64,000 nucleotides of DNA from Isurus oxyrinchus (GCA_026770705.1 JANJGN010000041.1:1674001-1738000), one strand, 5' to 3'; counted from the first letter of the stretch, positions 1-13,139 are shown. Numbers and translations are program-made. Notes: generated by a model not told the origin, from the letters alone.

Positions 1-249
1 AGGAATATCGGGGACTGGTTGCTGTCCTGTTCTTTGGATCATTTCAAACAATGAAAATAAGTGGACCTGTATATATTCTTGTGCCATGCAGGTCTGCTAA
101 TTCATATATCGATTCTTCCCTGTTAACGTGGGTAGATTTTAGGGTTGAATGGAATTGGGAGCGCGCTATAGGCCAGCATATAGAATAAATTAAAAAGTTG
201 GAGACAGACAGTCAAAAGAAAGGGAGTGTCCTCCAAACGTTCGTATGTG

Positions 250-730
250 ACTGAAAGTGGTAACCCAGGATCTCTTCTGCAGCCTCAGCTGCCAGCTCAG
301 TAAAATGCACATACAATATGCTCCAGCATGGAGCTTTATATCAAAGATTGTTAGTGGTATTCAGCAAGATGCTGACCAAATTAACGAGATCTGTGTGAAA
401 AATTGGGAAGGTGCTTTTAATGAGCTAACTGGTTCGCAAATCTTTGACAGTACAGGCAAAGCTTGAGAGAGCGGGGCCCATTCACATACGCAATAGATAA
501 TAACTAGTTTATTCTAGGAAAGGTAATCAACTACGAGAAGGGTGTTGTGCCCATGGCTAACTCAGCAAGACAAGTGCCTTTTACTTGGAAAGAACGGTGT
601 ACAATGAAGCCAAAAGTAGCACTAGGCCAGGTAACTGAGAAAATGTTGGCACATGCTAAACACTTCCCAAGGACAATTCAGTTGGAGACATTAGGATATG
701 CCTGGCAAGAAATGTGGCAACATGCATAAA
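250..730 (+). mobile_element. Possible decayed endogenous retrovirus gag (capsid C-terminal region) fragment
   Basis: Broken frames read WSFISKIVSGIQQDADQINEICVKNWEGAFNELTG and FTWKERC...MLAHAKHFPR, loosely resembling the MHR region and downstream helices of gamma/epsilon-like Gag; stops and frameshifts present. Confidence 0.3.
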
Positions 731-809
731 AAGAGCCTTCAAACAATCATGAAGCAAAAGAGGAACTAAATGTTAGTCACACAGTCGGCGAGCTTTGGGA
801 ATTAAGCAG

Positions 810-853
810 TGGGGGGGGGGGGGGGGGGGGGGGGGGGTGGGGTGCGGGGGGGG
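810..853. repeat. Poly-G tract
   Basis: Near-pure G run seen directly. Confidence 0.95.
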
Positions 854-878
854 CTGCATGTGGAAATTACCGATTATT

Positions 879-1228
879 ATATTTTAAACAGCGCAAAATC
901 CCACTCACGTATCACCAATCTGGCGAAAGTATTTCAACAAGCACCAATTTTATGCACTGATCAACACTCTGCTCATTGTATTTTAATGAGCAATAAATCC
1001 CACTCATATATTACCACTACACTGAATATACTTTAACTAGCACTAAATCCCATTCATTTATCAATACCCCGCTGAATGTATTTTAACCAGCACTAAATCC
1101 CATTCAATTATCACCACTCAGCTGAATGTATTGTAGCCAGCTCAAAATCCACTCACACTGCTGCATGTATTAACCAGCTGTAAATTCAAATCACTTATCA
1201 ACAATCTTCTGAATGTATTTTAACCAAC
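879..1228. repeat. Diverged ~50-bp minisatellite, ~7 units
   Basis: Unit approx. GTATTTTAACCAGCACTAAATCCCACTCATTTATCACCACTCCGCTGAAT; AAATC-like anchor at 896, 946, 995, 1045, 1095, 1145. Confidence 0.85.
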
Positions 1229-1425
1229 AAAAAAAAAAAATCTATGGTCGGGGAATCTTAAAAAAATTGTATATAATAAAATTAGGGAATTAGTTTACTA
1301 AACATATCCTGAATATATGTCAACATGCCGATTTTATGCTGATGATTTAAAGTTGCTGCACAAACGCGTAAATTTATGTGGTTAGTTAATCGAAAATCAG
1401 ACAGCAGTTAAAGATATTGCTGAAG

Positions 1426-1745
1426 GATTGGTTACACATATCAGTCAGAGACTCAGCCAATCCAGGAGCTCTGTCCACTGGCTGGCAGGCAGCACAGCCA
1501 ATCCGGAGCTTCACCCAGTGACTCACACACGCACTACCCCAAACAATATTTCCACAGCGACTCCATTAATTCAACCGCCCCGTGATTGAAAGCCTCTTCA
1601 TTCAATCGGAAAGCTTCACCACTCAGCCTATTAGGTACTTCGTTGACTCCGCCTGACACAATCGGAAAAATCCGGCCCGTGACCGATACCTACCTCAGCC
1701 AATCTGGTAGCATCATTTGATGGTTATAGGACGCAACAGCCAATC
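1426..1745 (+). promoter_or_regulatory. Cluster of CCAAT (NF-Y-like) boxes
   Basis: CAGCCAATC at 1454, 1495, 1696, 1737, plus a reverse-strand GATTGG near 1427; function not demonstrated. Confidence 0.35.
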
Positions 1746-2189
1746 TGGGAATACATTTGGCAACTTGGGGCCGCCTTCAACGATCAGGCAGCCGTTTCCA
1801 GCGCCTCACAGACGTTACAGCTGATTAGCAAGTTTGATTTGCAGGCTGACAAAGATAAGGCACCCTTGGCTGCATGGATGACCAGATCTGCAAAATGTGG
1901 CACCCGGATAACGCGCTTGAGAAACTGGTTTTGGAGTTCAACCGTCAGCTGAATGCACAGTGGTGCTCTGCGGAGGCGGAGGCTTTTATACATAGCATGT
2001 TTACTTTATTACACACAGTGATCACACGTTTTAAGTAAGTGCAGTCAGAGAAGAAATGGGTGATCAAAATCAGAACAAGGGAAGCAACCAGATAGTCAGG
2101 AAAGGCTTAGAGTGTTTCTTATTTAAGAACGGATTCTTTTTCTGTGTTGAAAATTGGTGAAAGTGTTTATTCCTATGAGGAATACAGCC

Positions 2190-4500
2190 AGAGCCCAGCT
2201 GAACAATCTTGGTGATGCAGAAGGCGAGGAAGAACAATAGTGTAGGATACCCAAAATTGTGAGTCGGAGTCAGGTGCATCAGCGGCCGCAGGCGTGACTC
2301 CAGGATGGTGTCCTGCTTCCCTGGAGCCAGGGTCAAGGCTGTCATTGAACTGCTGCAAGGAATTCTGAATGGCGAGGGCGAGCAGCCAAATGCCGTGGTT
2401 CACGTTCATCCTAAAGGCATATGTACAAAGGGAGATGAGGACCTGCAACAAGAATTTAAGGAGCAAGGTAGCAGCTTGAGAAGCAGGTCGTCGAGTGTAA
2501 TTTCTGGATTAATTCTGATGTCACCTGCTTTTTATAATAGGAATAGGCGGGTAGAGTAAATGAATTTGTGGCTGAAAATTTGGTGCAGGAGGACTGCTCG
2601 AGTTTCCTGAGTCACTGGGATTGTGTCTATTAGAGGTGGGATGTGAGGAATTCCGAGATGTTTGACCTGAACCGTAAATACAGCACAATTATTTTTTGGA
2701 AGGTCAGGGGGTCGGGGTGGTGGTGGGGGGTGGGGCGGGCGGGTTGGTGTGTGTTGCTGAGGATTGGAGGTTTGCTCGTGTTGTAAGTGAGGATTTAAAC
2801 TTATTGGGCAATTGGATAGGATACACAGCGGAGGTAAAGTAGAATGTGATTTATAGGCATGTATAGAAGAAAAAACTATTCAGTTGGGACGGCAGAAAAT
2901 ATATAGTCACGTTAAAGCACAAGGGAGTTTGTCAAGGATGGATGCCAAGTATTCTATTCCCAGGAGTCCTGTGAGTCGGCAGATGAATTGAGGGTGTTGA
3001 TTAACAAAGGGGAATATGATACTTTTCCACCCACAGAAATCTGGTGAAGTAGAGAACAGAGCTGGTAGTTGGAGAAACTGAGTATGGAATCCTCAGTCGA
3101 GACAAGGCTGGCGTTGAGGGGAGGGTGGTCACAATAGAGGAGTTGATTTAAAACATTGATAAGTGAGTCAATTGCTGCAATCATAGAATGTTCCTCAGAT
3201 AAGGCCATGTGGTTCGACCTTAAATTCAAAAAGGGGCTAATCACTTTGCCACCCCAAAGAGCCAAAGAGATAGAAAGGGAGGCATATAGGCAAGTCTGAG
3301 AGAATTGTAAAAATAACAAAGTAAAAATAGTAGGAGGTTTCCACTTCCCCCTAATAACCTTAATATAAAATGTGTGGAAGGCTTAGAGGTGGCAGAGTTT
3401 TCAAAATATACACAGGTGAGTTTTTTTTAAATCTGGCAAGTATGAATCCTACAAGAAAGGGAGCGCTGCTGGACCTCTTATTTTGGGTACAAAGCTGGGC
3501 TAATGGTAGAGATCTTAATGGGGGAGAATTTCGCTGATTATGTCCATAATTCAGTAAGATGTAAGGTAGATGTTGAGAAGCATAAAATGTAGCAGATATA
3601 AAGCTCCTGAATTGGGGTGAGGCTGTTTTTTAATAATTTAATACACGATCCTGGCAAAGTGGACTGGGAGCAGCCACTTGTCCAACTACGTGCATCAGAG
3701 CAGAGGGACTCTGGCAAAAATGAACTAGTGAGAGTGCTGCGACAAAATATTCCCAGAGCCATGGATTTCCAGGAAAGTAATGGATTGGAAAAGGAAAAAA
3801 CAGGAAACTCCTCGTGGAAGCCGAGGAATCAAAAGAGCGGATGTCCTAGAGGAATATGGAAAGTGTGTGTGGTTACTTAAATAAGAAAATTAGGAGAACT
3901 AAGGAGGGGATTTGGAAAACACTGGCAAGAAAAATTAAGTAATGCTAAAAGGTCTTTTATATGTATATTATGGTCCAGTGGATGACCAGGGAAAACGCAG
4001 TGTGCATTAGGGAAAAAAAAATAGCCATTTGTATGCGGACTTGGGACACGGAGCTGGGAATTTAAATGTGCTCTGTGCATCTTTATTTAGTGTAGAAAAG
4101 GGTGATGGAGGTATAGCAATCAGGGACGGGGACTGACATGCACCTGAACAACTTAAGATTGCAAGGGAGGAGATATTAGATATTATAGCAGACTTTGAAG
4201 TAGATATATCCCCAGATCTAGATGAGTTGTTTACCAGGCTACTGTGCAAGGCAAGGAAGGAGAACATAAGTTCCCTGAAATTAATTTCAAAATCCAGCTT
4301 CGCCACAGGAGGGTCCAAGATGACTGAATGCCAGTAAATGGGGTATCATTATTCAAAATAAGTGCCGATAAATAAGGCATCTCTCAGCTAGAGAATCTAA
4401 AATCAGTGGTGTGGAACATTTTGGGGAAAAAAGATCAGTCGGAGAGGCTTAACCTCCCGTTGGAGAAAGTTATTAATGAGGGATAGTCAGTATTATTAAT
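2190..4500 (+). mobile_element. Decayed CR1 LINE: ORF1 esterase, ORF2 endonuclease and start of RT
   Basis: MVSCFPGARVKAVIELLQGILNGEGEQPNAVVHV matches the CR1 ORF1 SGNH/esterase motif; YDTFPPTEIW resembles the APE motif YDIIAITETW; SPDLDELFTRLL resembles KSPGPDGIYPRLL; many stops. Confidence 0.8.
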
Positions 4501-4849
4501 CTTCTTTGCTATTGACCATTTTTGCAGCTAGTCTAAATATTCTGGTTCAATTAATTCGTACAAGGTCTCTTGCAGAATTTTGATCCCGTTTGTAAACTTT
4601 ATTTCCAAGAATGAGATCCAGCAGGATCTCATTTCTCTTGGAAGTGGAAACACACTGCTATAGAAATGTTGTCTGAGCAGAATTCAGGAACTGTTACCAT
4701 CACTGTCTGCATGAGAGAAATTGGACTCCCTCATTTTAAGTTGTCTACAATGTTTGCAAATCACTGTGATTTCCTTGCCAAATTCTTCCAACACATCATT
4801 CCCACTTAGTGGTGACCTATAGACGACACCAAAAAATTTAATCAGACCT

Positions 4850-6290
4850 ATTTTGTTTCTTAGCTCTAGACGAATAGATTGTGCCCTTACCCATTTGAGT
4901 TATCCTCTCCCTACTGCACAGCAGCACTCTCTTTAAACAGTTCCACCAACCCTCTCCATTTCTTGCTTAACTAAATTTCCCGAATATTTTGAATCCAGTA
5001 GTATTCCAGAGACAGTGCAGACCTTCATTCAACCAGGTCCTTTTTATGCCCACCAAATGATCCTTCCACACTGAAACCTGCTTGTGTAATTCACCAACCT
5101 TAGTTACCACAGCCTGAACATTCACACTAAAATACAATAGCCCACAATTAGACTTTACTTTCTAATTAACGTGGCCATACCTATTAATGTTCTATTCCAT
5201 ACAGAAGTGCCATATATCCCTCACAATTTTCTGTAGACATTGTCATTTATCTATGTTACTGTTTATTGGTTCCCACTTCACAATTCGCGTTAATTCAAAT
5301 GCTCCACAGTTACACAGCTAGAACGTCCAAAAGAAGCTCTATGTTGGTGCAAATATACCGGCCTATGCGGAACCCTTCTCTTCCAGAGCCAGCCTCAATG
5401 TCATAACAATCTAAAACCCTTTCTCAACTTACATCTTCCTCGAAACACATTCATTTTTTTTGATCCGTCAATTTTGATACTTCTTTGCACGTGACACTTG
5501 GAGTAATCGAGAGATTAAAATATTTGAACCCCTGGTTGCGAAATTCCAACCAGGAACCCTAAATGCAGACTGCTGGGCCACAGCACTCCTCCTACCGACG
5601 GCATTGGAACCATTGTATTTTCTGTTGTTGAGAACTTCCCTTTGAGAATGCATTTGTAGCCGAACACAGACAGCGATCTTGGCGCCTAGGAGGGAACACA
5701 ACTCCCTGGACTGAAAGTGCCACACTAATGCTTGCCTACTTCCTATCGTTGGAAACAACTAACACTAATGCTCTTCAATGCTTCATTTTGAACCCCCTTT
5801 ATAGATATGCAATCAATTATGCCATAACACTACCTCCTGTTGCGCTTCTCATAGAAACCAGATTGTCATTACTATTCCATTCTGAAACCTCCTTCTGGAA
5901 TATGTGGCAAGCAGAATGCCTGCAATTTACCTTTCCTTATTTGAATGGTGGATGGACATATATTCTCAATGTCAACGCATAGACATAAGCTGGAAGGTGA
6001 CTACATCTATCAAGGCAAAGCCCACAAATCTTTCAAAAACCTGGATTAAGTGTATTGATGCCAGCTGCCGATGAACTTCCAAAACCCAGAGCTCAATATT
6101 TTGCCTTCGATGGCACTTCCTGCAGAAATTATTATCCAGGACGCAGGGGACATTTTGGAGTCCCACATTTCACATAACGTACACTCCATCAGTTGGAGAA
6201 TTTGTCATTCTTCCGTGTCTTCATTAAGCTTACTGATGCAAATAAACCAACACAACACGAATAAAGCTTCCTAATACTATTAGAACTTAC
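4850..6290 (-). mobile_element. Decayed CR1 LINE 5' part (ORF1 zinc-finger/coiled-coil and downstream)
   Basis: Minus-strand CVLDNNFCRKCHRRQNIELWVLEVHRQLASI resembles the CR1 ORF1 N-terminal CxxC plus leucine-zipper segment. Confidence 0.6.
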
Positions 6291-6479
6291 TGAAACTGCT
6301 AAATAGGGATGATTCTTAAGGCACCTTACTTATTAGGCGCAGAGTTTATTCACTAGTTACTCATTGTTAATAAATAATAGTTTTACTGCTTTGAGGCTGC
6401 AAGTTATGTTGGATTGAGTCCGTAAATTTCACATCTCATCGGCCATAACTTACTCATGCCCTTCAATTTCACACCTTGC

Positions 6480-7215
6480 GTTTTGCCTCTGAACATTCGC
6501 TCTACATAATTACCAGTCAATGACCATCTCCAAGTAGGGAGCACCTCATTATCCCCACCTGGAATTCCGCAATGTTACAGTCAGTGAATCGCCAAATATC
6601 AACATCCTGGAGGTTACCATTGAACTGAACACACCACATAAATACTGTGGAATTAAAGCCAGTTCAGAGGTTGGGAATCTCCGAGAGTAACTCAGCCCAT
6701 CACACCACAAAGCTGGTCCAAGATTTACAAAGAACAAGTTAGGATTGTCTTGGTATAACCTCCACTTGCCTACATGACTACAGCTCCAACAACACTCAAG
6801 AAGCTGTATGCCATCCAGGACAAAGAATCCCTCTTCATTTGTACCCTATGCACCACTTTTAGAATTCGCTCCCTCATTCACAAAAGCACAATGTCATCAG
6901 TTTTTTCATCAACGATCTGCACATCGTCAACTCACGAAGTATCCTTCCAACCCCTCGGCAGCGAATATGCAAAAGCCCATGAACAGCAGCTACATGAGAA
7001 CAGCACCGTGAGGAAGTTCACACCAAAGCCGGTCACCATCCAGACCTGGAAAAACATTGTCGCCTCATCATTGTCTCGTGGCTAAAGTCATGGATTCCCA
7101 ACAGAACTTAGAGTACACTTACACCACATGGACTGTGGCCGTATAAGAAAGCAGCCACAGTTGGGCAGTTAAATGTTGGTCTAGCTAGCGATTTGCATGT
7201 CCATGATAGAATAAT
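6480..7215 (+). mobile_element. 3' part of a second CR1-clade LINE family (called family B here), decayed
   Basis: ATCAACATCCTGGAGGTTACCATTGA...CAGCTCCAACAACACTCAAGAAGCT; same family recurs at ~21570, 39530, 47810 and 53430. Confidence 0.75.
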
Positions 7216-7595
7216 TAAACATAGTGCCCCAGTCGACATTCTCAGAGAAGCACCATCAATGTACTTTATAGAGAAAAAAATTATTCTCTCGCGTAACCAC
7301 ATGCAGGGCAGTCGCAGCACGGAGTTCCATACAGAGAAAATCTCCCTGTAACATTTTTCCAATGAACACTCCCAGGAGGCGTAAAGCATTGGGAGAGTCA
7401 CAGAGCAAAGCTCCCCCTGCACTGCCCCCAATAATCAATCCCAGGAAATTAATGGCACGGGCTAAATGTAACTCAGATCTCTCTCTATACTTCCCAAATA
7501 CTCACCAACAGGACAGTTGAAGCATTGGGTTTGATACCAAGTGAAGCACCCTCTACAATGTCCCCATCAAAAACTTTCAGGAGACCGCAGCGTCC
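7215..7595. repeat. Diverged ~67-69-bp satellite-like tandem array, 5-6 units
   Basis: AGCAC-like anchor at 7249, 7316, 7385, 7454, 7521, 7589; consensus near ACAGAGTAAAGCTCCCTCTACACTGTCCCCATCAAACACTCCCAGG. Confidence 0.75.
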
Positions 7596-10044
7596 CTGAC
7601 AAAAGGTCCTGCTGTAGCTGCATCTCAGCGGGAGTTGCAAAGCATTTTAATGCAGTGTTGTTTGGCAGGGGAAGAGATGGTGAGTTACTGGAGAATAGTA
7701 CCTCCTAGTAATGCTGGTATAATGAATGGAGTCACATTACCTTCGGGTGGAGTCTGGACGGAGTCATTCTTAAGGCACCACACATACATGGCAGTATCAC
7801 GGGTATGGAAGTAGTTATTAGCAATTATCAGTTCATGTATGTTCATACAAGTCTCGACAGCACCTCCAGGAGTCATCTAATAAGACTTTACCACATCCCA
7901 GGAGCTAAATGAATTATGCTAGAATCTCAAACTAGCTGGCATAACTCCACGGATTCCAATGGTGTGACCGGTCATAACTTGTCAACATTGCTGGTGAAGT
8001 TAGAGATAGTTTCACAAAATGAAAACAGAAGACACAAGTCAAACATGCTAAGGTTGAAGCTTCCTTTGAGATTTAGAGGGCGAAGGACTGCAACTGAGCA
8101 TGTGGATGTCCAATGCCAGGCTGGTCAAAAGTGCGTAAGTGCAGAATCGAGGAACATGCGCTTATCACAAAAACACAGTGCAAATTCGCACACAAACAGA
8201 AGAAATGAAACAGGATGATAGATGTATCCATTTTAGGGGAAACCACTTTGATGAGGAGAAAGACCTGAGTGAGGTAGAATCCATAGATCTGGCCAAATCA
8301 AGAAAGGCTGAGCAAAATACAAAATGAAGTGTTCGGTTTGTTTTAAAGTAGGCGGCAAACTCAGGGCTTAGCACATCAAGGCGGTAGATGGAGGAAAGCT
8401 GCAGCAACAGCTGGCAAAATTCAACCAGGTGGCGCATCTGAAGTGAACCTAAGTTTTATTTATACAATTAATGCAGTTAACTTAAATGACAGGCAGAGTG
8501 GAAAGAAACCTGAAGCATTAGATTAAAAATAAATCGTCCTTTGTTTTGAACCCTCGGTTCTTGCTTTAAAAAAATGAATGTTGGGTTAACAGGCCTAACG
8601 TTTTGAACACAAATGCAATGGTCACAGAGCAATACCGTCAAATACTAAACAGTGAGGGAATTCACAGCTGGATTACTAACAGCTGCAAAGCCATCCTGAC
8701 CTGAAATAGACAAAAAAATGGATGCGGCACAGAGAGCCTTAAATGTGCAACAACATTTAAAATAATTAAATTGGGAAATGAAAAATAAATGGCCATGGAT
8801 TGGTCATTCCAACAGAGCCCCATGTTTGCTTCTGCAAGGGCTGAAGGGATATATTTCTTTATTTAAATTATTGGATAAATCAGGATTAAGCACAATATCT
8901 GGAGACGCCCGGGCCTGCCCGACCTGAACTTGCACGCCCAGTAATCCCAATGTAGTAGATTGATAAATTCTCATCCACCTTCAAAGCAACATTAAATGCC
9001 GTTCAAGAATCTGTGAAACATCAAGTTCACTACTCTGTAGTGATTACAAGTTGCTTTGAACACCCTTAGCAAATTGCAAAACGGCGAATTTACGTTTTTG
9101 AACACGTTATATGAGGCACCAGGAAAGTCAAAAGTTCCTTGAACTCCCAGGAATCTGTCTTTATGGGGAGCCTGATGCATGAATCCTAATTTATTTCCCT
9201 TTCAAAGACACATTATTGCTTCCAGGACTGTACAAACAATCCACAGGGTAATGAATAAAAATAGCGATGTGGAATGTGGAGGAGAAGAAACAACAAAAAA
9301 AAAAACACATTGCTTGTCTCAAAGCTGATCTGGATAATTGGAAGTGTCAGATTCAGGCTGCGCATGTAGATTTAAAAAAACACTGCACAACGCAGTATTA
9401 AATGAGGCAGAAATTTCGAGGCTTGAAGAAACAGAATTTCAGGTAAAGCAAAGCAAGCAGGGGATATAAGCATCCTAAGTTCCACAGCTGACAAATCAAA
9501 TTGAGAGTTAGAAAATGTCATCCATATATACAGCCAGTCAAAACAATAGGGAGTAAACAGAATCACAAACCTGCAAAATTGAAAGGGTTTCTGCAGGATG
9601 AACCTATATTCGTCATCAAAATCATCAAAAAACAAGATGGTGAATATTATTTGAGGGCAGAAGTACTGCATTGGAACTATCAGTAAAATCAAAGGAATGT
9701 ACTGAAGCTCAGGGTGCGTTGGCATTAGTTGGCCAAGAAAATAAAGAGTCGGAACAGAGCTGATTATCCAGCTTGTTCAAAAAGCAAAAATGAGGTCATA
9801 ACTCCTCAGCAGCATGAATGCAATAAAATCTCTCCTGCACAGCAGAAGGGAAGAAGAGCAGAGTTAAATCGAGGAGCCCCTGCTGAATAAAAGGAAAGTG
9901 AAGATGAAGCAATTATAACTTCAGAGCGCAAAGGAAAGCCTAGTGAAGAATCTTGACACATTACAGATGTCCCTGAGGCCAAGTCATGTTTTTAGGTTAA
10001 ACGCCGAAGAGAAGCAGCATGAATTTTAAATGAGTCTGAACATG

Positions 10045-10107
10045 AAAACAAAAACAGAATTACCTGGAAAAACTCAGCAGGTCTGGCAGCATCGGCGGAG
10101 AAGAAAA
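10045..10107 (-). mobile_element. Short terminal fragment of the young Penelope-like family
   Basis: AAAACAAAAACAGAATTACCTGGAAAAACTCAGCAGGTCTGGCAGCATCGGCGGAGAAGAAAA is the near-exact reverse complement of ~53321-53385. Confidence 0.85.
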
Positions 10108-10409
10108 AAACGCAGTTTGCAGGGAAGACTCCACAATTTCTAATATTATAGAAATACGTTTAATCTGCTAGAAAAAAAGACAGAAAAGGGAATGAAACAA
10201 CTGACATTGAAAAGAAAAGTCCAAGCTCTTTCCAAAGCTGTGAGCGGGTATTGAATTTATGAGAAGCACGTTTGGAGAACTGAAATAATTTAATCTTTCA
10301 CCGGAGACAGGCCTAGCCAACAGTGAAACCCACATGAAGGGCAAGGACAAAGCTCTGCTGCAGGCAGAGAGGGGAAGGGGCAGTGACAAAATGGCAATGT
10401 CGCTGCATT

Positions 10410-10770
10410 GGGAACCCAGAGACCCAGGCTACTGCTCTGGGGACATGGAGGCAACATCCATCATGGCTGCTCTAGGCATTAGAATTTAACTCTTAAAGAT
10501 GCAAGTGAAAGCTAGCCCCAGTGGTGGGCACCACCAAAATATCATCGATTATCATAAAATCCCATCACTTCACGAATCTAAGTTAAAGATGGAAACCTGC
10601 CATTCCAAATTCTTTTGACCGACAAATGACTCCAGAAACACAGCAATGCAGCCGACTCTAAACAGCTCTCAGCAGTCACCTAGCAAGATCAGTTCAACAG
10701 CAATTCCGTATGGGCAAATAAATGCCAATTTCCAGCTACGCCCACACCCTGTGGAAGAATCAGGAAGAAG
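10410..10770 (+). mobile_element. Old tRNA-derived SINE-like element
   Basis: Head CCAGAGACCCAGGCTACTGCTCTGGGGACATGG and tail GGGCAAATAAATGCC...GCCCACACCCTGTG resembling the family-B LINE 3' end. Confidence 0.55.
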
Positions 10771-13066
10771 AGAGATTGAAAAAATATTGTAATTTGAGAA
10801 TCTGATACTGAATCTCAAGAGCCAAGGAGGAAAAATCACTGGATTCCTCAAACGGACTGAGAGGCATTTAGTTGTTAAAACTAACTTGCTCAAATGGAAA
10901 TCAAGAAGCGGGAACATGAACAAAATGGTGAGCAGGTGCAAGGAGAAGTCAACTTTCTCACAGAATAGCGCGAGGCCTCTCATCTACAAATAGGATAAGT
11001 AAGCATATAGAATGTGGCACTCACGAAAAAAACGCTGCTAAGCGAAAAGTGGTCAGTGTAGAGAACTGACTTTGACGTACAGAGGCTGTGCTTGCTGAGA
11101 TGTTGGATCTTCAAAATGAAAATACACGAAAAAGTTTCCAACCGCCATCCAATGTGAAGAAGTTGGAGAATGTGATGCGTCATATGGGAGAGGGAAGCTA
11201 GACTTTGAAGACTCGAACAAGCAGTTTCAGGATTTAACAAACAGTCAGTGGGCATGTAGAAAACCTGAAAGGAACTGACTGCACATGTCAACGTAAACCT
11301 GTATAAAGATTTCACTGATAAATCTGAAGGAAAAGCAGCTCAACTTCCAGACCAATTGCTGCGCTACAGGAAAATGTTCAGATGTGTGCAAAAAGACTTG
11401 AAAGGAAAAGAGCAATCACAACTTTGGCTGATGTTGCAAAACAAGTGGAAATTAATGTTCTGTTTGAAAAACAACAACATCCAGCTAGATCATGGGGGAG
11501 CCAGCGGAAATAGAAAATCCCAGTCCACTCCAGAATTAGCTCGGAGTGCATATTCCCCTCAAAAGAATGGCACAAACACACGATGCCCGAGCAGATCAGA
11601 TGGGATGTTGTTAATCAAAAAGGGAACTCAAAGGAGCACAAAAATCCAATCAAGTGGAGAGAAACAAGTGCGAGAAATACGGAGCATCACAATCACAAGC
11701 TTAAACTGAAAATATCAGCCCGAAGAAGCTACTTAAACCATTCATCCACACCGAACACACAAGAATCTGAAAGAATTGTCAAATATCCAGACACCTGAAT
11801 TCATGATGTAATAGTGTTAGACAGGTGCGCAAGGGTTGGGAGTGGAGAGGGGGGAGTGGGGGTGCTGTGGGGGTTTGATGCTGGGCGGCAGAATTGGTGT
11901 CGGAAAAATTTAGCCAACAATGGTTTTATTTTAAATAACTATAGTCAGATGGAAGGGAGGATTGGTCGCTTTTAAATGATGGGCCTATTTTATCAGGTAG
12001 CAGCATGGCCATTGTAATGGAAAGGTTTTCATCAGAGCAAGATTGAATGTGGTTTGGGGAATAGTGCCGCGAATGGTATGATGCATAGGTTTACATGAAT
12101 GTAGAATTAGAAGCAAAGTATGAAGCAACTATTAAAGTAGTTGAACCCATGCATGTGGAACATCGGATATGTACATTGTTATGGGTTAACAATTAATAGT
12201 TCATGTTTAAAATTGCAAGTCAGGAGACCTCTCAGTGGGAGATCAAAGGAACATTTTCAACAATTCCCAGGGCAGGGCAGGAGGCTACGCTGTCCAAACA
12301 AACACCGCCATGATATGTATAGCATATGGTTATATATAGATTAATGCCGCTTCTAAGCCGCCGAATCACATAATCCAAAAACTAGTATTTCACATGTTTT
12401 GATGCAGAGAAATTTCCAACTACAGACAGCAAACACTCTAAGGGAAGGTACAACAATAGATGATATATAGAACCAATCCGCCTATTCAATGTGCCCATCA
12501 TACCCATCTCAGCTCTGGTACAGCAAAGTTTAGATACGGACAACTCTCTGTCAGCAATGCCCCCGTGGAGCATTCCAATGGGTATTATAGCAATGGCTTA
12601 GATAGACAGCAGGTCTTTCCCAATTAAACCTTCCAACAGCTGGTTAAATACGGGGCTTGGTGCATATGTCTATTTATTCATGGCAGGCATATCCCACTAA
12701 TAGTATTTCACACTTGGCCGAAACATCTGCCAATGTTCTCCTAGGTGTGTTTTCCCAGATATGGCATCCCAATTGCCGATAAGCCTGAGCTGATTTCGAG
12801 TAGCATTTCTTTTCCTTAAGCCTTGTATTTTCTAACTAACTTGCAGCCAAAGCAGCCTGTCCTGCTGCCACAGTGCTGTGCATAATTGGATGTGACTGTT
12901 GCTGCTCTTTTAGATGCTTCTGTTCACTGAATTTATGAGAAGGAAAAAGAAACAAAGACACTTCTCTTATGTTCTGGGTTGTTATGTCAGGTGTGGCATG
13001 ACTGGAGGTAATGAAGCGAATAATAATTAATCTGTGTGGATATTATTTGTATCTTCGTTTGTCTAC

Positions 13067-13139
13067 GTGTGTGTGTGTGTGTGCGCGTTTTAGTGCAAGT
13101 GTATGTTTGTGTGTATGTTTCTGCGTGCATGTGTGTATG

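Noticed and set aside
7900-12300. A-rich plus-strand region as an L1/Tx1 ORF1 relic or a host gene
   Set aside because: Only vague motif echoes and no coherent frame or splice pattern; cannot be supported without an HMM search
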